Shown here one piece after another: positions 19,830 to 32,596 of a stretch of 64,000 nucleotides of DNA (positions within the stretch are counted from its first letter, which is position 1; every line of letters starts with the position of its first letter). This stretch comes from Elsinoe ampelina (lineage: Eukaryota). The position numbers and the translations under genes are program-made. Below the pieces are notes generated by a model. It was not told where the DNA came from and searched no databases. It worked only from the letters and a program-made list of their open reading frames with translations. The stretch spans positions 617,576 through 681,575 of the forward strand of contig ML992507.1 of the NCBI GenBank assembly GCA_010093995.1, written 5' to 3'.

Positions 19830-20683
19830 ATGATGGCATCTGAAGAAAAATTCGCGATACATGCGGCGTGCCGCGAAGGGCAAAGTAAGCAGCTGATGGC
19901 TCTTGAATCCTGATGGCGGCTGATTGTCCTCCAGCGAACAAAGTCGAAGCGCTGCTCAATGTTTGTGTTCCTGCGGTAGCACAGCGTAGACGCTCACATG
20001 TGATAGACCAATACCAAGCTCGCGACCAGACGAGACGACGATGATCGCCTTCCGATCCACTGGGCTGCGTCATATAACCGCCGACCTATTGTCGAAATCC
20101 TCGCAGAACGCAAGGACTTTGATGTCGATGCACAGGATGGGTCAGGATGGACACCACTCATGATCGCTTCCTCCATTCAAGAAGGTGATTCCTTGGTGGA
20201 TCTACTTCTCGCCAAGGATGCGGATCCCAACATGAAGACGAATTCTGGTCAGACGGCCCTCCACTTCGCCGCCTCGAAATCCAATCTCGACGTTGCACGA
20301 AAACTGCTGGCACACAAAGCGTCAGCCCGGACCAAGGACAAACGAGGACAGCTACCTCTGCATAGGGCCGCGGCAGTAGGCAATGTGCCCATCATGAAGC
20401 TTCTGCTGGAAGCGAGGAGTCCTGTCAACGCTACGGACGCCGATGGATGCACGGCTTTGCATCATGGTGCGTGCTTTTGCAGCCCTTGTGTACAGAAATC
20501 TGACCAGCTGCAGCCATAGCTGAAGGCCACGGAGATGCGGCACTCGTCTTGCTCAAAGCATGTGCAGAATTGGACAAGAAGGATAACGGTGGATCATTAC
20601 CAATCGACCTTGCGCCGGATGCTAAAGTCAGGAGCTATATCATTCGAGCAGCTGAGGAAGAAGGCATAGAGCTGAAGATTTGA
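19830..20683 (+). CDS. NAS6: Ankyrin-repeat 19S proteasome assembly chaperone (Nas6/gankyrin); 4 exons
   Basis: Exons 19830-19884, 19935-19960, 20007-20466, 20514-20683; IHAACREG, DDDRLPIHWA, DGSGWTPLMIA, GQLPLHRAAAVG, TALHHAIAEGH. Confidence 0.85.
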
Positions 20684-21465
20684 AAGGCGCAGGATTCATG
20701 AAGTGTTTGCCTGCCTACTTGACATCATAAGAAGCTTGCCACCTATGCAAGCCCGCACCACTTGTATCTCGACATGGTGAGCATCCGACTATATGGTAAA
20801 GGCATCTTGAAACGACGCTCAGCCGCAGCCGATGGGAAAGATTTTCGAGCATTTGCCTTCATCTTTAAGGCAAACAAGGAATGGACGTCCGCGATCCCTG
20901 AGAGAGCTTATCTGTCGGGGCTGATAGCGGGACATCAACCAAGCATAGCAATGACAAGTACTGTATGTGCGACGTGGACGAAAAGACAAAATCCAAGGGT
21001 GGTGGGTTGCGACGTGGCTGGGAGACGGGCGGGGCTCCGACGCCATCTCAAAATGTAGGACAATAGCGACCCAGTTTCGACAATAGAAAATTCCAACCTG
21101 GTTCCACAAAATCCATCAGCTATCATCTCATGAGCAAGTAAAATGATAACATCTTCATGGAGGATTCCAGACAATAAGAATGTTGAAAATGAACCGTGCA
21201 ACATGGACGGGAGGCTTTCCACGCATCTTGCCGGCTGGAAGAGTCGTGCATGGCCTAAGTATTGTCATTGCTATTGTCACAAATGCAAGGAGTCTCTCAA
21301 TACTAGACTATTGTCAACCTCGAACAATCTCAGCTCGATCGTTCACAGGGTATATCATCCAGGTTTGAGCAGGTCTTTCTTTCCATCATCAACCTCACTG
21401 CGATCCCATCCCACCATACCTTGACCACGTCGCTCTCCACTGTACCACCACAATTGTACATCATC

Positions 21466-22221
21466 ATGTCACCAACACCCAGCCCAGCTCTCATCAAGCT
21501 ACTTCAGGTCCTCGCCGAACAAAGACGTCAACGGACTCTTCATCAACAACAACTCCTACATCAGTCCATGGCACAGGATCTGCCACCTCCCTACTCACCA
21601 TCGACCACCCCCAACTACCGCAGCACGACCTCTGCCTCTGCCGTCGGCGCCCAAGCCATCCATTTCGATCCCACCACGACAACAATAACCCTCAACACCG
21701 GTCCCCGCATCCACGGCTCCAACAACCGCATCACCCTCCCCTCTCCCTCCACACCTACGTCCTCCACTCCGACCCCAAGCGGCACCACATCCAGCACAAC
21801 CAGCATATCCACCCCACCTATCCTTCCCAGCAGCCCCCCTAGGCCAGCCCCTCCCCTCTCCAACATACCAGGACAAGACCCCCACCTCCTCGCCTTCCTC
21901 CTCGCCACCATCCACCGGCTGAACACCTCTCCCTCTCCCGCCCACCAAGGTCCAGCTACCCAGCCCACCAACGATAGCAAGCCCTCCTATGCCCCGACCA
22001 CGCCGCTGCGTGTGAACGTGGTCATCAACTCCGGCTTGACGGTCATGGGGAATGGCAACGTCGTGAGCTACGTTTCGGCGGGGCAGGCGAGGGCTTCGGC
22101 AGGGCAGGAGAGGGCTTCGGAGGGAGGGAAGAGGAAGAGGGGGGCAAGTGAGGAGGGGGTCGAGAAGGAGAGGAAGGGAGGGGGGAAGAGGGTGAAGAGG
22201 GAGGCGGAGGGGGAGGAATAA
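21466..22221 (+). CDS. Uncharacterised low-complexity protein with PPPY motif, two G-x-x-N beta-rich segments and C-terminal basic NLS-like patch
   Basis: LPPPYSP; ITLNTGPRIHGSNNRITL; VNVVINSGLTVMGNGNVVSYV; GGKRKR/KRVKRE. Confidence 0.7.
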   Translation: MSPTPSPALIKLLQVLAEQRRQRTLHQQQLLHQSMAQDLPPPYSPSTTPNYRSTTSASAVGAQAIHFDPTTTTITLNTGPRIHGSNNRITLPSPSTPTSSTPTPSGTTSSTTSISTPPILPSSPPRPAPPLSNIPGQDPHLLAFLLATIHRLNTSPSPAHQGPATQPTNDSKPSYAPTTPLRVNVVINSGLTVMGNGNVVSYVSAGQARASAGQERASEGGKRKRGASEEGVEKERKGGGKRVKREAEGEE

Positions 22222-22662
22222 GCGCAGAGTCGATGCAGAACTTGAGAGCATGAGAGCACGTATGGTGTGAGAGGGAAAGGGAAGCGGGAAGGGGGATGAT
22301 GTTCGGCAGGGTGAAAGGACAGCGTGGGATTCGTCAATCGGAGCGACATGCTTGGCGTCTAGTGCTCTCTATTCTTGATGATAGTGTGGAGTGCTCGGAG
22401 AGTGTTAAAGTGTTAGCAGTCTGTCATGGTTGATGAATGATATTCTTAGTAACCCCGAAAGGTTCAAGCAATGTTTCAACGCTACCCCTACGCAATCCAA
22501 CCAGGTCAATGACTCGAATACTGTGGAAAGCCGTAGAGGAGAAATGCCGTCAAAGCGGGTGATAGGATTGGTCGTCGACGTCTTCCATTTCGCATAGGCT
22601 ATTGCTGCTACTGCAAGCTCTCTCTGCACTCCTTGCCTACATCTGCGCCCCTGCCTCTCCTC

Positions 22663-24472
22663 CTACACCAAACTGATCCTCACATCCCTTTGCAACACCT
22701 CCCTCAACACCTCCAGATTCCCCGCCGCCTGCAACCCGCCCTGATCTTTCCTCTCCCTCTTCAATCTTTCCGGCAACACCACCAGACTCTCCACCAACAT
22801 CGCCTTGGCCATATTCCCATAGAAACCCATGAAGCGTGGCACCGCGCCGTCGATCAGCCCCTTCAACAGCGTAACGTGCGTACTACCCACGTCCGGAGTC
22901 TTTGTGCTTGCTACACTCGCAATGGCGTGCCAGTAGTCGTGATTCGGCAAGGGGTTCTTGTTTTTGCTTTTACTGAAATCTCGTAGGGTCAAGGCTGCCC
23001 ATCCTGTTGCGAGACCGGCCATGCGTTCAAGGTGGCGCTGTTCACCGATGAACGAGTTGCCTTCTCGCCACCATCCGAGGCGAAGTCGACCAGGGACTGT
23101 GGTCTGAGGCCCTGAGATGCAAAAGAGAGGTGGGCAGACGACGTGATATTTTGCGAGTAGGATGTCGATCAGGGGAATGGTCGTGCCAACTTGAAAGGCT
23201 GGTGTGGCGAAAATGCTCACTGCTACTACGCCCACAGGATCGGCGGTTTTGGCTCCCCCGGACGTTTCGGAGATGAACTGCGTGATGATGGATTTTGCGA
23301 AGATGTTGAGTAGATAGATGAGGACACCGGAGATAGGAATGGGTTGACCTGGAGCTGGGTGCGGAACAGAGATTAAGAAAGGCGATATGTCAATGGAGGG
23401 GTTGTTGAACTTGACCGCTTCTTGCAATGTTGTCTGAATCTGTGTCATCTTGAAATGTGTAAGTATTGGTCAGATCCGAAATGTGTTGAGAACTTACCGG
23501 CTTCCGATTCTTCGTCTTGTCAGCAGTGAGTTGACCCATGCATTTTACTATCTCGCGACGCCAGTCTCCTAGCTTGGTCTTCAAGGCTGGGATCTTTTTG
23601 CTCTCGGCGATCACATATTGCCTCATCTCCTTGAGCCGTTTGTGAATGTCCACATATCTCCTGTGTACCTCTTCAAATTCCTGCTGAAGAGAATCCATTC
23701 CCACGGGAGGATGAGACGCAGTGGCAGCTGCCGTGGTCTGTTGTGTTGGCACTGAGGCTAGAGTAGGTGCTGCAGAGTTCGTTGTTGCTAGTGCTGCAGG
23801 TGTGGATGCTGCTTTCTGCGCCTCCTCTCTAGCCTTGGCCGCCGCCGCCGCGGACTCTTTCGCCTTTTGCTTGACTAAGGCTTCTTCTTCTTGCTGCTTT
23901 CGCATTGCTGCTTCGGCTGCTTCAATCTTCAATCGTCGTGCCTCTTGTTGCTTCGTCTGATACTCCCGAATCTCCCGTTCTTCGGCCTCTGTTCTCGCCG
24001 CTTCCTTTCGCTGCTGTTCTAGGCGCTCACGTTCTCTCTGTCGCTCTTCGGCCTCCCGAGCAACTTTCGCTTGCCTTTCCCGCTCCAGTCTGTCCTTCTC
24101 TTCTTCTTCCCGTCTCTTCCGCTCCCTCTCAATCTCCAACTCGACCCTCTCGCGGGCGATCTCCGCATTCCGTCGCACACGTTCATGTTCGGATGCAGCA
24201 AAAGCGAGTGCCGCGAGGTGAAGCTCGGCTTGTTTTGCGACCTGCTCATCCAATTGGTTTTGGACCGTCCTTTCGTGATCAATCAAGAGCCTGTGAAATT
24301 CTTGGACGATCTGACGAGATGGGCTGTCTGTCGCATTACGGTCTGGTGAAGCATATGACTGTATCATACTCCGTCTACTCAGTTGTGGGGATGTTGTCTG
24401 GGGCCTGGTTCTAGACGTTGTTCTTCTCAGCGGACTGCTAGTCGCAGTATTGCTGGGTGTAGAAGGGTCCAT
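22663..24472 (-). CDS. GLE1: mRNA export factor Gle1; 2 exons
   Basis: Exons 24472-23498 and 23448-22663 (49-nt GTAAGT..AAG intron); long coiled coil followed by YLLNIFAKSIITQF, CPPLF, HLERMAGL...LRDF typical of fungal Gle1. Confidence 0.85.
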
Positions 24473-26291
24473 GTTTTCGCGTCACTAGCGCGTTGTGCAA
24501 TGCTAAGTGATGGCGGAGTTGCACTGTGAAGGAAACGAGTTGGTGATGTCAGGACTATGCCGACTCGTTCAACGAAGAGTAGATAGGAGCCATCGCCTGA
24601 CAGTCATTCGTCCATGCAGAGTGAGCGATAGCAAACATGAGTGAGGTGAAGGTGGAATTTCTGTAAGGAGCGACAAGATGAAGCTCTGTTACCTGAAAGT
24701 GAAGGATCTGCCGGACGCGGCAATCTTTGCCGGTGGAGCTCCAGAGCCGCAAGCCTTCTTCCGTTTGCAGGACAGAACCCCTCACTTGTGCCATAATATT
24801 GTGCTGATGAAAATGCAAGATACCGTGCTTATTACAAGGGATCGTGCTATCACGGTGACCAGCAATTACGGAGAGCTTATTGAGACAGACTCAATCATTG
24901 CGCATCTGTCGAGGGAGGTACGGCCTAGGATACAATTACTTCAGGCAGAAATCACTTGCAAGCATGGGCGGCGACCAGCTGCACCGATATCAGCAGATGC
25001 TGAATAAAGTATGGTCGTGACGGCTCCGAACAATGTCATGCACCGTGACGTGCTCTTTTGATGTAGTACGGACGCTCGACATCGAAAGCGCTGGCTCGTA
25101 TCGGCGGACCCAGCAGCGGGGCATTTTTGCCTGCAGACGCTTTCTGCCGTTGGCGTGTTTCCTTTTGATGGCAATTATCAGGTCTTGGATGCAGTGGCCC
25201 CGGCAGTGGCCCCGAAGAGGATCCGAACAAAGACGAAAGAGGGCACGGAGAATGCTCGAGGACACGGTGCCCGTTTGGACTCGAAGAAGATGCAGCACGG
25301 ATAGCAGGGCAGAACTGGCACATCTGTGACGAGGTTCAAACATGCGGCGTATCAAACCTGGCAGATCTAGGTACCGTCGGAGCTTTGGTACCACAGATCA
25401 AAGCTTCCAGTGGCAAGTGGTCAGATATTGTATTTGAGAGACCAATGTACCTGATGATAAGACTCCTGCTGCAATCTCGACCGTGTGATGCTGCGAAGAT
25501 GAGCTATACTGAGCTGCCGAGCTACGTTTTGTGCTGAAGAGAAAGCTGAGGTGTCCTCAAGGGTTCAGGTTCCATTCCGAGGGTTGGACCGAATACAGTA
25601 TCGTCATAGGCTTTTTCCCGGGCGGCGGAACCGTGCTCCAACTCTTCCGTGACGGGAGCTGTGGTCGAGGTGCACCTGGAGCCCACACGCAACCTAGTCC
25701 TCACTGGTTACCTTATCCCCAGAGCTACCTCGTCAACTACATCACAGCTCATTCAGACATCTTCCTTCCCTCTGTCCATCACGAACCACTCTTTCGCACC
25801 TTCCTTTGCTCTGCGCTCTCCTCTCTTCGCATCACTCCCTCCGTCTGGCAAATCATTGAGACAGCCCGTCTCGTTCCCGTCCACACAAGGAAGCCACGCC
25901 CGCTGCACTCCTTGCGATACTGCCTGGCTTCGTCCAACATCGCCTGTTGATCGATCATTACCGATTTAACACCCACTCGCAATCCCTTCACCATCAGAGA
26001 TAGCATCAGCAGTTTATCAGCAACCAACGCATCACTGACCTTCTGTTCATTCAGATTGTCTGTCGTACGAACTTTACAGCCAGCATATTTCGCCAAGCTT
26101 CGACTTGAGCAATTTATACCATTAGACCATACATATCTGTCCATCACGTCGGTATCCTTCATACCGCAGTACAGTACCAAGCTGACTCGAGTCGCAGACA
26201 AATACCACTCGTACCCGAGCTTTGTCGACTCGACCGCTTGCAGCTTCACGAACTGGCCCGCTTTGAGCAATCCGTTGTCTACCTTTAGATT

Positions 26292-29200
26292 ATGGATCAA
26301 CAAGGACAGACTGGACCGACTGGTCCTGGAGGAAGAAGATTACACATCGCTCACAGGAGAAGTCCATCAGAAATGACACCTCTCATGAGTTCGTATCAGC
26401 TTGACCCACACACAAACTTCTCTAACATATTGCAGTGGAGCAACTGGCGCTTGCGCAACAAATCGAAATGCTTCAAGCACAGCAGCAACAGATTGCGGCC
26501 ACACATCAACAATACGTCAATCTCGGCATGATTCAACCTCAACAGCAACTGCCAAATCAAACATACAGCCAAGTCCAAGGTCATCTCTCCCCACCAACGA
26601 ACTCCTTCCAATTCCCTCAGCAGCAACAATTCAACCAGCAGCAATTCAATCAGCAAATGGCACAACAGTCTCCCGCACATCGCCGCAACCAGTCTGCGGT
26701 GCCCAACGTTGGCATGGGTCCACCACCTGCGCCATCAGCGGGGACTGGTGCTGCTTTTGCAGACTTCAACTTTTCCGGTCAGAAGGCGGAGAATCAGAAC
26801 CCGAGAGGAAGAGGCGGCGGACAACAAGGTGGTGGACACGCACGAAGGCATTCGCTTGCACTTCCCGAGGCGAAGAAGGCTGCCGAATTGGCCGAGCAAA
26901 AACGCAAAAACTCGGCGTTTCAATTTCCAGGTCCAGCAGGATCGGCTTCCCCAGCTGCCAACAATCGTTCTGTGAGTCCGTCAGGAGTGGACAGTCAGGC
27001 ACAGGCTGTCAACAACAACTTGCGCGTTCAAGGCGCTGGTCGGGGTGGTGGCCACGGCAGGAGTCAGAGTATGGCTGTTGGGCGAGGTGGACGAGGTGGT
27101 CCGGTCGGCTTCCAGTTCCCACAACCAGGCTCTGAAGGTCAGTCCGATATTCAGCGCAGAGGCAGTCAAGGTCACGGTCGCACTCAATCGCGAAACTTCG
27201 ATGGCAACTGGCGCCAACCTCAACAGCCTTCCCAAGACCAGCAGACCATGGGCAACTTCCAGATGAACCAGCACACTGGAGCTCAGCCATTCCAGCCAGG
27301 CCACCGGAACAGAGCTTCCATGAGCCATCAATCTGTCGGCTCTTTCGGAGGCTTCCAATTCCCAGCTCAGCCGCAAATCCTCCAACTTCCACAGGGACAA
27401 GTTCTTGTGCAGCCCGGTATGCTTCAGGGTCAGCAGCTCAACCCGCTTCAGCTTGCGCAGATCCAAGCATACCAGTCCGCAGGACTCCAGCCACCCATGC
27501 CTGGCATGCAAGGTCAGGGTCAGATGAGCATGCAGCAACAACAGCAGCAGCGGAAGACTCTCTTCACGCCCTACTTGCCACAAGCTACTCTTCCCGCTCT
27601 CCTTGCTGATGGACAGCTTGTTGCCGGTGTCCTCCGAGTCAACAAGAAAAACCGCAGCGATGCTTACGTCACCACCACCGATCTGGATGCAGATATCTTC
27701 ATTTGCGGTAGCAAGGACCGCAATCGAGCTCTCGAAGGAGATATGGTTGCCGTCGAGTTGCTCGATGTCGATGAGGTCTGGAGTCAGAAGCGCGAAAAGG
27801 AAGAGAAGAAGAAGCGCAAGGATATGGGGGATCCACGCAGTGGCAGCATCACTGCTGTCAACGACGCTACAACTCAACCCGAGTCATCTGCTATCGAAGG
27901 CGGCATCCGTCGTCGCGGCTCTCTCAAGCAGCGTCCGACCCAGAAGAAGAACGATGACGTTGAGGTCGAAGGTCAGAGCTTACTCTTGGTTGAGGAAGAT
28001 GAGATCAACGACGAGCAGAAGCCACTATACGCCGGACACATTGTTGCAGTCGTCGAACGAGTTGCTGGACAGATGTTCTCCGGCACCCTCGGTCTTCTGC
28101 GACCCAGCAGTCAAGCTACCAAGGAACGACAAGAAGCTGAGCGTGGTGGTCGCGATGGTGGCAGGAACGACAACCGCCAGCAAGATCGACCAAAGATCGT
28201 CTGGTTCAAACCAACGGACAAGCGCGTTCCTCTGATCGCCATTCCTACCGAGCAAGCTCCAAAGGACTTTGTCGACAAGCATCAAGACTACGCCAACAAG
28301 ATTTTCGTCGCCTGCATCAAGCGATGGCCAATCACCTCCCTTCATCCATTTGGAACCCTTGTTGAGCAGCTCGGTGATGCTGGTGACCTTAGGGTGGAGA
28401 CTGATGCACTGCTTCGCGACAACAACTTTGGTCCGGATGAGTTCTCCGATGCTGTCAACCGCAGTGTTGGCTTCGACGGATGGTCTGTCGCTCAAGATGG
28501 TGAAGCCGGTGTCAAGGATCGACGCGACTTCAGATCTCAGCAGACCTTCAGCATCGACCCCAACGGTAGCGGCGAGCTCGACGATGCCATTCACTACAAG
28601 TCACTCGACGACGGCTTTGTTGAGATCGGCTTTCACGTCACTGACATTGCTCATTTCGTCAAGGCTCAATCTCTCGTTGATCGCGAGGCTAAGAAACGTG
28701 GTACTGGAGTATACCTGGTCAATAGATCTGTCAACATGCTTCCAGCCAAGCTCTCTTCTGACATTTGCTGCCTCAAGCCTGGCGAGGAGCGCTACACCAT
28801 CAGTGTTGTCTTCAAGGTCAACCCTGAAACTGGTGTCATTTCCGAGAACGACACCTGGCTGGGCAAATCCGTCATCAAGAGCTCCGGTCGCTTGACCTAC
28901 AGCGACGTCGACACTGCTATCAGCGGTAGTGACAACGTGACGGCTGGCGCAGAAATAGCACAGCAAGTCAGGTCGCTCCACAACGTCGCGCAACGACTTC
29001 GACAAGCCCGCTTCGGTGATCGGTCGGTGCACATTCCTTCGCTCCGCTTGATGTACCAGCTTGACGATGAGAACGTTCCAGTTGAGCAGAACATTTTCAA
29101 CACCTCTCCGGCTCATGAGATGATTGAAGAGCTTAGCCACCGCGCCAATGCGTTTGTCGCCCAGAAGCTGATGGCTGCTCTTCCGGAGAAGGCACTCCTC

Positions 29201-30385
29201 CGTCGTCAAGCGCCACCCAACCCGAGACGACTCCAGATGTTTGCCGAGCGCATGACCAATATCGGATACGAGGTCGACACGTCCAGCAGCGGCGCCTTGC
29301 AAAACACTCTCTTCAACATTCAAGATCCCGACACTCGCAAGGGCATGGAGACTCTGTTGATCAAGTCGATGAACCGTGCCAAGTACTTTGTTCCCGGCAA
29401 GGTTCCGCAAGACCAGTGGCAGCACTACATCCTCAACTCGCCACTGTACACTCACTTCACCAACCCCACTCGCCGATACGCCGATGTCATTGTCCATCGC
29501 CAGCTTGAGCATGTCCTGTCCAACAATGGAGCAGATTACACCGAGGATGTCGAATCTTTGTTCAAGACGGCAGATGCTTGCAACACCAAGAAGGACTCGG
29601 CTCATGCGGCGCAAGAGCAAAGCGTCCACATTGAGTCGTGTCGCGCCATGGATCGCAAGAGCCGTGAAGTCGGCGGCGACCTTATCAGCGAGGGCATTGT
29701 CCTCTGTGTTTACGAGTCTGCCTTTGACGTCCTCATCCCGGAATATGGTTTCGAGAAGCGAGTCCACTGCGATCAGCTGCCTCTCAAGAAGGCCGAGTTC
29801 GACAAGAACAAGCGCCTGCTCGAGCTCTACTGGGAGAAGGGTGTTCCTTCATCAGCCTATGTTCCGGAGGACGAGCAGCCAAAGGGCGGCCGAGGTGCTT
29901 CCAGCGGTCAATGGAAGCAGCGATCCAACAACCAGCAGCAGCAGATGGAGACTGGCACCATGTCAGCTTCTGCCACTGACGCCCTATTCGACGATGATGG
30001 AGAGAGTGTCTCCGACCTGGCAGGTGACATGGCTGGCGTTTCGCTCAACACCGACCGCAACACGCAGAGCCTGCCACCGTCGCCCACGCACAATGGCGTC
30101 TCAGCTCGTGGTGTGCAGAGAGCCAAGTCAGACTCCAGAGCTCTTCACAAGAGCACCCCTGAGTCGAAGATCAGCAACAAGGAGAAGTACATGAAGCACT
30201 TCAAGCTGAGAGAAGAGGGCGGCGAATACATTCAGGATGTCACAGAGATGGCCAGGATCCCTATCATTTTGAAGACGGACATGACCAAGAGCCCGCCGTG
30301 AGTATTCTGACCCTCTTCTTGAGAATCCTCACTGACAATTTCCAGTTGCCTCACAATCCGTTCCGTCAACCCATACGCGCTATGA
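26292..30385 (+). CDS. SSD1: RNase II/RNB-family pseudonuclease RNA-binding protein Ssd1 (Gul-1); 3 exons
   Basis: Exons 26292-26388, 26436-30297, 30346-30385; RRLHIAHRRSPSE, Q/N-rich N-terminus, HARRHSL, RKTLFTPYLPQ, DRNRALEGD, YTHFTNPTRRYADV. Confidence 0.95.
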
Positions 30386-30837
30386 GTATCGATGCTGACC
30401 ACACGCGTCCGGACACATGAGCACACCGCATCACGAGCCACCGACATCAAGCATCGAGCATAGTGAGCCAGGAGAGGTACATACCATCGTTCAGGGAGGG
30501 GGAGAAAGCGCAAGAGAGTGGAAGATGGTGACAACGAGAAACAAAAAAGAGGACGAGTGTAGAGCTGTCCATGAAACGGGATAGAAGTATTGTTCAGCGG
30601 TATTATTGTCGATGTCCAAGACCGCAGCGCTCACGACCCCAAACCAGCCGATCACGCTCCAGTGTATCAGCTGAGTGCATGAACAGTTTTGTATGTTAGT
30701 CCAGAAAGTTTTATGGAAATTCTTATCAGCGACAGTCCTGCTCCATTTTCTTCGCTACTGTCCCTCTCATGGTCCCCCTTTCCTCGGTCTACCTTCAAAC
30801 CCCGCCCAACCCCTGCCCTTCGACCGATGGTGAGGAA

Positions 30838-31876
30838 TCAGAGAAGCATATTCAACTTCCACACCACCTCTGGCAAAGGGCGAGAGGCGATGGGTTTCCA
30901 CTGCCCTATCTCCCTATCGGTGGGGACGAGCACGATGCTCCCTCCTTTGGAGACGGTGCCGTCGCGGCTGGGTTTCAGGATGGCTTTGGCGCGGACGAGG
31001 TCCTGGAGCACGCCCGGGATCTTGCGGCGGGCTTCGTCTTTGGGGACGTCGGCGCTGTTTTCGGGTTAGCGAGGGGGGGGATGNNNNNNNNNNNNNNNNN
31101 NNNNNNNNNNNNNNNNNNNNNNNNNNNNNNNNNNNNNNNNNNNNNNNNNNNNNNNNNNNNNNNNNNNNNNNNNCAAAAGAAGAGGGAGGAGGAACTCACT
31201 AGAGCAGACTCAAATGCGGCCTGTACTCGCTCTTTTCCCACGATTTTGCCGTTTCGATGTCGTTGCCGTAGCATCCTTGTGCGCGGAGCACGGTGGCGAG
31301 AGCGGAGAGGCCCGGGGAAGGGAGGGTGGCGTTGAGTGCGAGTTTGCGGAAGAAAGGGTCGCCGGCTTCGAGTTCGTGGAGGTTGATCTCGATGGGTAGG
31401 GCGGGGGAGGTGGTTGCTTGTGAGGCCTGGGATGGAGCTGGGCCCGAGGTTGGCGGAGAAGTGGGGTCGGAGGGAGCTGAGGGTGGTGCTGGTGTGGTGG
31501 CGGAGATAGAGGCGTCCTCCGAGAGGGCGGCCTTCTCGGGGTCGGAGGGGGCGGTGGGTGCTTGTGGAGCAGGCGGGTCGAGGTTGCCGGCTTCCAGGGC
31601 ACGCTTTTCAGCCGAGGCAGAGTCGGTGCTTTCTTTCTCTCGGGTCTCGTTGGCTGCGAGGAGAGCTTCGATGTTGAGTTCTAGACTGTCTAGCCATGCT
31701 TGTGCATCATGCTCATGGAGAGCAGGGTTGATGTGTGATGTGAGGGTGATGTGAGGGATGAACGTGGGTGGCTTGTTCGGGGCGAAGCGCATGGGTACCA
31801 TAGACGTGATTTGTGTTTGCATTGCCCTATTGAACGGGTCTTTGGGTGGGATTAGCCATAGTGATGAACCTGGCAT
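30838..31876 (-). CDS. 2H phosphoesterase, 2',3'-cyclic nucleotide phosphodiesterase (Cpd1-like); intron spans the assembly gap
   Basis: MPGSSLWLIPP, two HxT/S motifs (PHITLTS, PHLSLLY); exons 31876-31200 and 31054-30838 ending IVLVPT...WKPIASR. Confidence 0.85.
31084..31173. other. Assembly gap (90 N)
   Basis: Run of N next to a poly-G tract, inside the phosphodiesterase intron. Confidence 0.99.
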
Positions 31877-32596
31877 TGTGGCGGTCGTATGTGTGGATTC
31901 AGGGGCAGGATTTGGACCAAAATGACACCAAATCGATATTACTCAACTGAGCAGAACGAGAACTCCAAGACCCTCCAGTATTTTGTCTCGGAGCCCTGTC
32001 GCCCTCTGTAGTAATGCTGACTGTGATCTAGCTTTGTCGATAGCTAGAATGTAGTGGTCGGTATCGTGGAGCCGGCTTCTCACAATTCCGTGGTATACTG
32101 GAGATATCCTGATGACATGCACTGATTTGCCTCGTGCCACGCCTAGCTAGAGCCTCAATCTCATTGATCTACAGGATCCGGGGACGACGACCTTCTTATA
32201 GCAATCGTTCAGCTCTGGCCGGTGTCCATGTCTCAATCACATGCAACGGTCGAGCTAGTCTAGGGTTGTACCCTATGAGATGAGGTTGATGCCAAGAAAC
32301 CTTTCCTTTCTTTTGGCATGCGGCTCTTTCCAATGACAGTCCAAAAACGCGTTCAAGGGAAAATCATCTCCCTTGCAGCTCGACGCCAACCACAATTCAC
32401 GACACATCTCATCCGACATTCATCGCCAGCACATTGTCGCATACTTGCGCAACCACCTTTGACAGAAAGTCACCATCACGCTCCATGCAAAACACTGAAA
32501 TATATCACCGATTGAGCTCTTCATCGCCAGCCGCGCTTCGGCGCGCATCCTTGGACCTTCCTTACCTGTAGCTCGATCGACCACTCTGCATTCACC

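Noticed and set aside
101..21285. Ndt80/MSE-like CACAAAW sites in array intergenic regions
   Set aside because: Number seen is close to chance expectation and positions are not consistent.
25036..25323. ORF starting MCQFCP; also MC-starting ORFs at 14586, 47453, 47862
   Set aside because: Lack the C-x-[HC]...C...CxxC spacing; treated as chance Met-Cys starts.
24473..26291. Many short ORFs between GLE1 and SSD1
   Set aside because: No recognisable motifs; better explained as divergent promoter and long SSD1 5' UTR.
26981..29767. Long antisense ORFs over SSD1 (also over CLF1, SFH1, TRP4)
   Set aside because: Shadow frames from codon bias of the real genes.
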